Below are positions 41,401 through 52,269 of a stretch of 64,000 nucleotides of DNA, in pieces. Source of the stretch: the human T2T-CHM13v2.0 reference genome, Homo sapiens. The translations under genes and the position numbers were made by a program. The notes beneath the pieces were generated by a model. That model saw nothing but the letters and a program-made list of their open reading frames with translations. It did no database searches and had not been told where the DNA came from. Location of the stretch: assembly GCF_009914755.1 (NCBI RefSeq), contig NC_060936.1; one strand, 5' to 3'. Position 1 is the stretch's first letter; each line of letters starts with the position of its first letter.

Positions 41401-44400
41401 CTTCCTTTTGAAGAGCAGTTCTGAAACACAGTATTTGTAGAGTCTTCCAGTGAATATTTGGAGCAATTTGAGGCCTATGGCGGAAAAGGGAATGTCTTCA
41501 CATGAAAACTAGACAGAAGCATTCTCAGAAACTTTTTTGATGTGTGCATTCAACTCACAGAGTTGAACCTTTCTGTTGATGGAAGAGTTTTGAAACAATC
41601 CTATTGTAGAATCTCCTTGTGGATATTTGGAGCTCTTTGAGGAATTCATTGGAAACGGGATGCCTTCACATAAAAGCTAGGCAGAAGCATTCTCAGAAAA
41701 TTCTTAGTGATGTGTGCATTCAACTCACAGAGTGCAAGATTTCTTTTGATAGAGCTATTTTGAAACAGTCCTTTTTTAGAATCTGAAAGTGTTCATTTTG
41801 AGCACTTTGAGGCCTGTGGTGGAAAAGGAAATATCTGCACATAAATACTGGACAGAATCATTCTCAGAAACTTCTTTGTGATGTGTGCATTCAACCCACA
41901 GATTTGAAACTTCCTTTGCAGAGAGCAGTTTTGAAACAGTCTTTTTGTAGTATCTGAAAGTGGATATTTGGAGCGATTTGAGGCCTATGATGGAAATGGG
42001 AATATCTTCACGTAAAAACTAGACCGAAGCATTCTCAGGAACTCCTTTGTGATGTGTGTATTCAACTAACAGATTTGAACCTTTCTTTTGATATTGCAAT
42101 TTTGAAACACTCTTTTTGTAGAATCTGCAAGTGTTCATTTGGAGTGCTTGGAAGCCTATGGTGGAAAAGGAAATATCTTCACATAAATACAAGACAGAAG
42201 CATTCTCAGAAACTTCTTTGCCATGTGGCATTCCACTCACAGAGTTGAACCTTCCTTTTGACAGATCAGTTTTGAAACAGTGTTTTTGTAGAATCTGCAA
42301 GTGGATCTTTGGAGGGTTTTGAGGCCTATGGTGGAAAAGGGAATATCTAGAGAGGAAAATTAGACAGAAGCATTCTTAGAAATTTGTTTGTGATGGGTGC
42401 ATTCAACCAGCAGAGTTGAAACTTCCTTTTGAGTGAGCACTTTTCAAACAGTCTTTTCATAAAATCGGCAGGTGGATATTTGGAGCGATTTGAGGCCTAT
42501 TGTGGAAAAGGGAATAACTTCACATGAAAACTAGACAGAAGCATTCTCAGAATCTTCTTTGTGATGTGTGCATTCAACTCACAGAGTTGAACCTTCCTTT
42601 TGATAGAGCAGTTTTGAAACCCTCTTTTGTAGAATCCGCTTGTGGATATTAGGAACTCTCTGAGGAATTCGTTGGAAATGGGATATCTTCACATAAAACT
42701 AGACAGAAGCATTCTCACAAACTTCTTTGTAATGTGTGCATTCAACTAACAGAGTTCAATAGAGCAGATTTGAAAGAATCTTTTTGTAGAATGTGCAAGT
42801 GTTCATTTGGATCGCTTTGAGGCCTTCATTGGAAATGGAATATCTTCTCATAAAAACTGGACAGAAGCATTCTCAGAAACTTCTTTGTGATGTTTGCATT
42901 CAACTCACAGAATGGAACCTTTCTTTTGACAGAGCAGTTTTGAAAGAGTTTTTTTTGTAGAATCTGCAAGTGGATATTTGGAGCGATTTGACGCCTATGT
43001 TGGCAAAGGGAATATCTTCACGTGAAAACTAGACAGTAGCATTCTCAGATTCTTCTTTGTGATGTGTGCATTCAAATAACAGAGTTGAACCTTTCGTTTG
43101 ATAGCACAGTTTTGAAACTCTCCTTTTGTAGAATCTGCCTTCGGATATTTGTAGATATTGGAGGCCTTCTTTTGAACCGGGAGTATCTTCACATAAAAAC
43201 TAGACAGAAACATTCTCAGAAAGTTCTTTGTGATGTGCGCATTCAACTCACAGAGTTGAACTTCCTTTTGATGGAGCAGTTTTGAAACAATGTTTTTGTA
43301 GCATCTGCAAGTGTTCATCTGGAGAGCTTTGTGGCCTGTGGTGGAAAAGGAAATATCTTCACATGAAAAATAGACAGAAGCATTCTCAGAAACTCCTTTG
43401 TGATGTGTGTGTTCAATTCACAGAGTTGAACCTTTCTTTTGTAAGAGCAGTTTTGAAACACTGCTTTTGTAGAATCAGCTTTTGGATATTTGGAACTCTT
43501 TGAGGAATTCGTTGGAAATGGGCTATTTTCAGGAAAAAACTAGACAGAAGCATTATCAGAAAGTTATTTGTGATGTGTGCATTCAACTCACAGAGTTGAA
43601 CCTTTCTTTGCACAGAGCAGTTTTGAAATATTCTTTCTCTATAATCTGCAAGTGTACATTTGGAACGCTTTGATTCCTATGGTGGAAAAGGAAATATCTT
43701 CACATAACACTAGACAGAAGAATTCCCAGAAAGTTCTTTGTGATGTGTGCATTCAACTCACACAGTTGAACCTTCCTTTTGAGAGAGCAGTTTTGAAACA
43801 GTCTTTTTGTAAAATCTGCCAGTGAATATTTGGAGCGATTTGAGGAATCGGACATATCTTCACATAAAAACTAGACAGAAGCATCCTCAGGAACTTCTTT
43901 GTGATGTGTGCATTCAACGAACAGAGTTAAACCTTGCTTTTCATAGAGCAGTTTTGAAACACTTTTGTAGAATCTGCAAGTATTCATTTGGAGCACTTTG
44001 AACGGAATGGTGGAAAAGGAAATATCTTCACATAAAAACTAGACAGAAGCATTTTCAGAATGTTCTTTGTGATGTGTGCATTCAACTCACAGAGTTGAAC
44101 GTTTCTTTTGATAGAGCAGTTTTGAGACAATCTTTTTACAGAATCTGCAAGTGTTCATTTGGAGCGCTTTGAGGCCTGTGGTGGAAAGGGAAATATCTTC
44201 ACATAAATACTAGACAAAAGAATTCTCAGAAACTTCTTTGTGATGTGTGACTTCAACTCACAGATTTGAAACTTCCTTTTGTGAGAGTAGTTTTGGAACA
44301 GTGTTTTTGTAGAATCTGCCAAGGCATATTTGGAGCGATTTGAGGCCTATGTTGGAAAAGGAAACAATATCTTCACATAAAAACCAGACAGACGCATTCT

Positions 44401-45878
44401 CAGGAACTTCTTTGTGATATGTGCATTCAACGAACAGAATTGCAGCTTTCTTCTGATAGAGCAGTTTTGAAACACACTTTTTGTAGAATCTGAAAGTGTT
44501 CATTTGGAGCCCTTTGCGGCCTTCATTGGTAACAAGAATATATTCTGATAAAAACTAGACAGAAGCATTCTCAGAAACTGCTTTGTGATGTGCGCATTCA
44601 ACTCACAGAGTTGAAATGTTCTTTTGATAGAGCAGATTTGAAAGTTTTTTTGTAGAATCTGCAAGTGTTCATTTGGAGCGATTTAAGGCCTATGTTGGAA
44701 AAGGGAATATCTTCTCATAAAAACTAGACAGACGCTTTCTCAGAAACTCCTTTGCCATGTGTGCATTCAAATCACAGAGTTGTACCTCCCTTTTGGCAGA
44801 GCAGTTTTGAAACAATGATTTGGAGATTCTGCCAGTGAATATTTGCAGCGATGTGAGGCCTGTGGTGGAAAAGGGAATATCTTCACATGAAAACTAGGCA
44901 GAAACTTACTCAAAAACTTTTTTGTGATGTGTGCATTCAACTCACAGAGTTGAACATTTCTTTTGATAGAGCAGTTTTGAAACTCTCCTTTTGTAGAATC
45001 TGCTTGTGGATATTTGGAGATATTTGAGGCCTTTGTTGGAAACGGGAATATCTTCACATAAAAACTAGACAGTAGCATTCTCAGAAAATTCTTTGTGATG
45101 TGTGCATTCAACTCACAGATTTGAACCTTTCTTTTGATAGAGCAGTTTTGAAACAATCTTTTTGTAGAATCTGCAAGGGTTCATTGGAGCGCTTTGAGGC
45201 CTATGGTGGAAAAGAAAATATCTTCACATTAAAAACTAGACAGTAGCATTCTCAGAAACTTCTTTGTGATGTGTGCATTCACCACACAGATTTGAACCTT
45301 TCTTTTTAGAGAGCAGTTTTGAAACAATCTTTTTGTAGAATATGCAAGTGTTCATTTGGACGCTTTGACGCCTATGGTGGAAAAGGAAATATCTTCACAT
45401 AAAAACTAGACAGAAGCATTCTCAGAAACGTTTTGTGATTTGTGCATTCAACTCACAGATTTGAAACGTCCTTTTCAGAGATGAGTTTTGAAACAGTCTT
45501 TTTGTAGAATCTGCCAGTGGATATGTGGAGCGATTTGAGGCCTATGTTGGAAAAAGAAATATCTTCACATAAAAACTAGACAGAAGCATCCACATGAACT
45601 TCTTTTTGATGTGTGCATTCAACTCACAGAGTGTAACCTTTCTTTTGATAGAGCATTTTTGAAACACTCTTTTTGTAGAAGCTGCAAGTGTTCATTTAAT
45701 GCGCTTTGAGGCCTATGGTGGAAAAGGAAATATCTTCACATAAAAACCATAAAGAAGCATTCTCAGAAACTTCTTTTTGATATGTGCATTCAACTCACAG
45801 AGTTGAACTTCCTTTTGACAGAGCTGTTTTGAAACAGTCTTTTTGTAGAATCTGCAACTGGATTTTGTAGAATCTGCA
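8487..45878 (+). repeat. Alpha satellite, divergent monomeric/SF5-like, forward orientation
   Basis: Continuous ~171-bp monomers (cattctcagaaact...tttgtgatgtgtgcattcaactcacagagttgaacc...ggaaaaggaaatatcttcacataaaaactagacagaag). No homogeneous HOR and no transposon interruption seen. The SF5 label is inferred from irregular A/B alternation. Confidence 0.98.
32144..32160 (+). other. CENP-B box (near-canonical)
   Basis: attcgttggaaacggga. Other plus-strand matches start at 9037, 12776, 15184, 17550, 22644, 27042, 30101, 34183, 35032, 37929, 38611 and 40624 (manual scan, may be incomplete). Confidence 0.85.
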
Positions 45879-48309
45879 GCCCAGTCCCTTTGGTTCCATA
45901 ACATTCGTTTCCACCAGAAGATCAAGGGAGTCAGTCCACCCAGGAGCAGAGGAGAGGATGTCCCTCAAGAATGAGACAGGAAGTGCAGAGGAACTGTGAC
46001 ACCACCTGTTCTAGAAGACAAGGCCAGTCACCGTCGCCTAGGGCTCATTCTAGGCAATCCACCCACCCATGAGGGGAAACGTGGAGAAGAAGGAAGCTTC
46101 CCTGCCTTAGTTACGTAGGGAAACCAAGAGCTCCAGGGTCATGAGACCTCCCCAGTCAAGCAGAAACACGTTTGGAGAGAGAAAAAATCATGACACGGAT
46201 CTCCAGGAAGTGACTCCCTGACTCACTGGGTAGTCATCTTTGTTGATGACATTTGGCCAGAACGAGGGGCATCCAGGCCCCTGAGAAACAGGGGAGGCAC
46301 AGCAAGAGTGAGGACAGAGCAGAAGCCGGGGCGCAGGCAGCATACAGCACCGTCCCACTGCCACTGGCATAAGGGGAGGGGTTCCAAAAGGGTGGCTTGT
46401 CCGGAGAGGCCAGCGTTCCAGTGACAGGGGTTGTTGTCATCTCCCATTCCTGGCTTCCTCTTGCAGACTGTATCGTGGTGTGGCTTCATTACTCAGAGAA
46501 GAGTCGTGAAAAGATAAAAGCATCCTCTCTGACGTGGGTCCTCTGCTCTCCTCCCGGACAAAGAGCTCCTTGGGCCTCTTGTCCTCGGCTGCAGTGTGTT
46601 CATCTTGACCCTAGAAAAGAGGCCACTCAGGATGGGGATGAGATTTCAATTGCTCTGGGACCGACGCATCTCCTCACGTAGGCCAGGCCTTCACACACCC
46701 AAAGCGGATCCGCGGCAGCGAAAACGACTGATAACCGGCCTCATGATCCAGGCAGAGACACAGAAAGAGGCTCACCAAAGACAGGCCGCCATGCGAGAAT
46801 CCGCTTTGTGACGCACAGGACACATTCGGCCAAAGACACACTGGCACACGGGCACACACACACAAACTGGCAGAGAGAGGGAAAGAAACACACAGAGACT
46901 GAGAGACAGAGAGAGAAGAGGGAATGGGAGACACACACCCAGACACACACAGACACACACACAGACACACACCCGGAGTCATACAGCAGAGGCATTGAAA
47001 CACACCCCCCCCCCCCCGGCAACCCCTGAAGCTGCAGGGTTCTGCTCTCGATGAGAACGACCGTCGGGTGAGAGAGCAGCCCAGGGGCACGCAGGCGGAC
47101 CTGTCCTCCAGATCACGGCAGCACGACTTTTGGGGAGACTCACCGCAACCAACACCATCCGTGCAGGCCTGGGGCTGGGATGCCGTGCTGCTTCCCCCGG
47201 ACTCCGCCTGGGGTTTCCTCATCCTGGTCGGCCCTTTGCGACTCCTGGCATCTGGAGAGGTTCCCGTAGACCCCGTGGAAAGGTCAGGCCGGAGCCTCAG
47301 AGCCCCGACACCCAAGCACTGCCGTGGAGGGCTCCTGCTTTGCCAAGCCTCGGGGACTGGTTTCTAAGACAACCCTGGGAACCACTGTGACGCGAGAAGC
47401 CGCTCGCGTCTCCCGCATGCGCATTGGTTGGGCCGACTGGCGCTCCGCTACTGGCTGTCAGGCTGAGTCACCTTTAAATAATGCCGCCGCCACGCAGCGG
47501 CAGCGAGGCTCCTGCTGCAGCCGAGGCGGCAGCTGGATCCCGGGTCCAGTTTGGGTCGGCGTGGGAAAGGGGCCGCTGGTGTCCTGTCAAAGGGCGAAAC
47601 ACCCAGGAGTCCTCTCCTCAGGACCTCCTTGAGCCGACTTCCACCGAGGGAGGGGGAGCTTCAGGATGCCTGCTGTGTTCTCAGGACTCCCCGTCAGATA
47701 TGATTTTGGCCTCCTCCGAGTGAGATAGGATGGGCTCACCACATGTGGTGAGACAGGCAGGGCCTCCCTGCAGCACAGAACGATCCCATAGGAATCAAGG
47801 CCCAGTGTCAGCTGCAAGTGCACTGATCCATCAGCCCTCTGCTTCCCTCATCCTTTGAAAGAGCAGTGGCCTGCCCCGCTTCTAAAAGCCCTGGGGCTCC
47901 GGAAAGCCGACCGCACTTCACAGGACACGTGCAAACAGGAATAGGGGCGAATCCGAAGTGGAGGTCACGTGACCATGCGTGGTACTGGCATGTCCCACAG
48001 CAGATGGTGTGAATGTGTGTCACCGGAGGCATACAGGGCGACGGCGAAACAGATGGTGGTGTCCAGGCATGTGCCGGTGGAAGGGGGGAAGGAGTGACCT
48101 TTCCGTCAATGCCAAGGAAAATGGAAGAACACCGGGGACCCGGGGGGTTGGGGGGGGCTGTGCCCAACCCAAGCCACCTTTTCAAATGCCTACCAGACGG
48201 GCAAAGAGCTTTCTGCAAAATTCACCCCACTCCCAACCCTCCACTGCCCTGGTAGCCCTGATGTAACTTCAGCTGCACCCAGCGCCAGCTCCAGCCCCAG
48301 CCCCAGCCC
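45877..48309. repeat. SST1 (NBL2/MER22) macrosatellite unit 1, 2433 bp
   Basis: GC/CpG-rich unit with an internal CA/GA microsatellite. Its start cagcccagtccctttggttcc recurs at 48,310. Family recognised from sequence character and unit length. Confidence 0.85.
46841..46975. repeat. Compound (CA)n/(GA)n microsatellite within SST1
   Basis: cacaca/gagaga tracts; counterparts at ~49,261-49,410 (longer pure CA run) and ~51,225-51,345. Confidence 0.9.
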
Positions 48310-49356
48310 CAGCCCAGTCCCTTTGGTTCCCTGACATTCGTTTCGGCCAGAAGATCAAGGAAGTCAGTCCACCCAGGAACAGAGGAGAGGATGTCCCTCA
48401 AGAATGAGACAGGAAGTGCAGAGGAACTGCGACACCACCTGTCCTGGAAGACAAGGCCAGTCATCATTGCCTACAACTCATTCTAGGCAATCCGCTTACC
48501 CATGAGGGGAAACGTGAAGTAGGAAGCTTCCCTGCCTGAGATATGTAGGGAAGCCAAGAGCTCCAGGGTCATGAGACTTGCCCAATGAAACAGAAACACG
48601 TTTGGAGAGAGAAACAATCATGACACGGATCTCCAGGAAGTGTCTCCCTGACTCACTGGGAAGCCATCTTTGTTGAAGACATTTGGCCAGAGCGAGAGGC
48701 ATCCAGGCCCCTGAGAAACAGGGGAGGCACAGCAAGAAGGAGGACAGAGCAGAGGCAGGGGACCAGGCAGGATAGACCACCATGCCACTGCCACGGGCAT
48801 AAGGGGAGGGGTTCCAAAAGGGTGGCTTGTCCAGAGAGGCCAGCGTTCCAGTGACAGGGATTGTTGCCATCTCCCATTCCTGGCTTCCTCTTGCAGACTG
48901 TATCGTGGTGTGGCTTCATTTCTCAGAGAAGAGCCGTGAAAAGATACGAGCATCTTCTCTGACGTGGGTCCTCTGCTCTCCTGCGGGACAAAGAGCTCCT
49001 GTGGGGCTCTTGTCCTCAGCTGCAGTGTGTTCATTCTGACCCTAGAAAAGAGGCCGCTCAGGATGGGGATGAGATTTCAATTGCTCTGGGACCGACGCAT
49101 CTCCTCACGTGGGCCAGGCCTTCACACACCCAAAGCAGATTCGCGGCGGCAGAAACGATTGACAACTGGCCTCCTGACCCAGGCAGAGACGCAGAAAGAG
49201 GCTCACCTAAGACAGGCCGCCATGTGAGAAACCGCATTGTGGTGCACAGGGCACATTCAGCCAAAGACACACACGCACAAACCGACAGAGAGAGGGAAAG
49301 AAACACACAGAGACTGAGAGACAGAGAGAGAAGAGAGAATGGGAGACACACACCCA

Positions 49357-49396
<40 letters not shown>

Positions 49397-50694
49397 GACA
49401 CACACCCAGAGTCATACAGCAGAGGCATTGAAACACACCCCCAGGCAACCCCTGAGGCTGCGGGGTTCTGCTCTCCACGAGAACGACCCCCGGGTGAGAG
49501 AGCAGCCCAGGGGCACGCAGGTGGACCTGGCCTGCAGATCACAGAGGCACGACTTTTGGGGAGACTCACCCCAACCAACACCGTCCAGGCAGGCCTGAGG
49601 CTGGGATGCTGTGCTGCTTCCCCCGGACTCCGCCTGGGGTTTCCTCATCCTGGTCGGCCCTTTGCCACTCCTGGCATCCGGAGACGTTCCCGTTGACCCT
49701 ATGGAGAGGTCAGGCCGGAGCCTCAGAGCCCGACACCCAATCACTGCCACGGAGGGCTCCTGCTTTGCCAAGCCTTGGGGACTAGTTTCTAAGACAATGG
49801 TGGGTAGCACTGTGACGTGAGAAGCTGCTCGTGTCTTGCGCATGCGCGTTGGCTGGGCCGACTCGCGCTCCACTCCTGGCAGTCAGGCTGTGTCCGCTTT
49901 AAATTAGGCGGCGGTTACACGGGGGCAGCGAGGCTCCTGCTGCAGCCGCGGTGGCTGCTGGATCCGGGGTCCAGTTTGGGGCGGCGTGGGAGAGGGGACC
50001 GTGGGTGTCCTGTCCCAGGGTCAAACCCCCAGGAGTCCTGTCCTCATGACCTCCTTGAGCCGACTTCCACCAAAGGAGGGGGAGCTTCAGGGCGCCTACT
50101 GGGGTCTGGGGACTCCCCTTCAGATCCAATTTTGGCCCCCTCCGAGTGAGATAGGATGGGCTCACCACATCTGGTGAGGCAGGCAGGGCCTCCCTGCAGC
50201 ACAGATCGATCCCATGTGTCTCAGGGCGTGTTGTCAGCTGAAAATTCACTGATCCATCAGCCGTCTGCCTCCCTCCTCCTTTGAAAGAGCAGTGGACTGC
50301 CCAGCTTCTAAAAGCTCTGGGCCTCCCGAAAGCCGACAGCGCTTTACAGGACACGTGTGTACAGGAACAGGGGTGAATCCGAGGTGGAGACCATGGGGCC
50401 ACACGTGGTACTGGCATATCCCACAGCAGATGGTGTGATTGTGTGTCACTGGAGGCATATGGGGCGACGGCGAAATAAATGGTGGCTTGTGCCTGGTGGA
50501 AGGGGGAACAAGTGACCTTCTCGTCAATGCCAAAGAGTATCAAAGTACACCTGGGAACCAGGAGGGGGCCTGTGCCTGACCAAAGCCCCATTTTGAAATG
50601 CCTGCCCGAGAAGCAAAGAGGTTTCTGCAAAATTCACCCTACCTCCAACCCTCCACCGCCCAGGTAGCCCTTACTCCACCTCCCCTGCACCGAG
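48310..50694. repeat. SST1 macrosatellite unit 2, ~2.4 kb
   Basis: Colinear with unit 1 throughout; paralogous ORF translations such as [17 protein letters not shown] occur in both. Confidence 0.85.
49811..49910 (+). promoter_or_regulatory. Putative CpG-island promoter module in SST1 (CRE-like, NRF1, TATA-like)
   Basis: tgacgtga at 49,813, TGCGCATGCGCG at 49,837-49,848 (matches NRF1 YGCGCAYGCGCR) and tttaaa at 49,898. The paralogous module is at 47,388-47,480. Motif evidence only. Confidence 0.4.
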
Positions 50695-52020
50695 CCCCAG
50701 TCCTGGAAACCAGCAGCCCTGGAAGCCTTGGAAACCGTGGAACAACTGGAAACCACCGCCAAGGGCATAAGCGGAGGAGTGCCAAACGGGTGACTTGTCC
50801 TGAGAGGCTTGCTTTCCACTGACAGGCATCCTTGTTGTGTCCCGTTTTCAGCTGCTTCTTGAAGATTGTTTCGTAGTGTGGCTTCATTTCTCAGAGAAGA
50901 GCCATGAGGAGAAAGAACCATCTCTTTTCACATTGGTCCCTCCCCTCCTGGAAAACAATGAGCTCCTTGTAGCTTTTTTTTTTTTTTTTTTGGTTGGAGT
51001 GTGGTCATCTTGATTCTAGAAAAGAGGTAGCTCAGTATCGGGATGAAATTTCATTTTCTCTGAGACTGACGCTTTTCACATTGTTGAGGTCTTCAGAAAG
51101 CCAAAGTGGAACCGCCGCAGAAATGATTGACAGCAGCCCACATGATCCAGGCAGAGACGCAGACAGGAGCCCACGAAAGACACTCTGACATGCATGAGAT
51201 CGCTTTGTAGTGCACTGGGCACATAAACACACACGCACACGGGCGCACACACACACACACAGAGAGAGAAAGTGAGAGAAACAGACAGAGAGTGAGTGAC
51301 AGAGAGAGAAGAGAGAATGGGAGACACACGCACCAGACATACAGCAGTGGCAGAGGGACACACACCCCAGGCAATCACTGAGTCTGCGGGTTTCTGCTCT
51401 TTGGGAGAATGACCCTCGGGTGGCAGAGTAGTCCTTGGGCACACAGGCAGACCTGTCCTCGAGATCACGAGGGGCACGACTTTGGGGGACTCACCCAAAC
51501 ACCGTACTGGCAGGCCTGAGGCTGGGATGCCACACTGCTTTCCCCGGACTGTCTGCTGTTTCTGCATCCTGGTAGCCCCTCCGTGTAGCATAGTGTCCCG
51601 AATCTGTTTTGTCGACCCCCTGGATTGGTCAGGCTGGAGCCTCGACACCAACGCACTGCCACGGAGGGCCCCTGCTTTGTCAAGGCTCAGGGAATCGTCC
51701 TCAGCCAACCGTTGGAGTCACCGTCACAGGAGAATGGGTTCATGCCTCCTGCATGCACATTGCCCAGGCCGACTCCTGCTTTCCTCTTCAAACTCCGGCT
51801 GTGGCCCCTTTAAACAGGTTCGGCAACACGTGGCAGGGTTTCTGTGGCAGTAGCGGTGGCGGCTGGAGCGGGGATGTAGTAGAGGGCGTTATGGGAGTGG
51901 GGGCTTCTGGTCCTCCAGGGCCGGACCCCCGGGAGTCCTGTTCTCAGAACCTCCTTGAGCCGACTTCTACCGGTGCAGGGGGACCCCCACTTCAAGGCGC
52001 CAGGTCGGGTCTCCGGACTC
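50695..52020. repeat. SST1 unit 3, more divergent, internally deleted and truncated
   Basis: Homologous blocks (gggcataag, gcttcatttctcagagaagagcc, CA/GA tract, cctccttgagccgacttc) are present. It lacks ~460 bp near the start and ends at ggactc abutting an Alu. Confidence 0.8.
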
Positions 52021-52021
52021 A

Positions 52022-52269
52022 CAGGCTGGAGTGCATTGTGGTGATCAGAGCTCACTGCAGCCTCAATCTCCCAGGCTGAAGCGATTTTCTTGCCTCAGCC
52101 TCCCACATACCTGGGACTACAGGCATGTGCCCCCACACTCAACTACTTTCCTCCAAAAACATTTTTGTACGAATGGGGACTTACTATGTTGCCTGGCTCA
52201 TGTCAAACTCCTGGGCTCAAACTGTCCTCCTGTGTTGGCCTCCTCAAGTGCTGAGATTACAGGTGTGAG
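52022..52269 (-). mobile_element. Alu (AluJ-like), lacking its 3' end/A-tail
   Basis: caggctggagtgca...ctcactgcagcctc...gggactacaggc...aactcctgggctcaa...gattacaggtgtgag; heavily diverged. Confidence 0.9.

Noticed and set aside
1-45878. CRISPR-like or prokaryotic repeat-spacer array
   Set aside because: The whole 171-bp period is homologous, with no unique spacers and no cas genes, and the DNA is primate.
1-45878. Active centromeric HOR array
   Set aside because: No long run of near-identical higher-order units; divergence and indels are high.
84-45925. Numerous similar short ORFs (e.g. MFQNCSIKRKVQLCELNAHITK)
   Set aside because: These are chance reading frames of alpha satellite monomers, many starting at GTG/TTG. 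Their similarity reflects the DNA repeat, not a protein family.
46188-52079. ORFs up to 243 aa in SST1
   Set aside because: GC-rich stop-poor sequence, translated microsatellites (CVCV, THTH), and frames not conserved between units.
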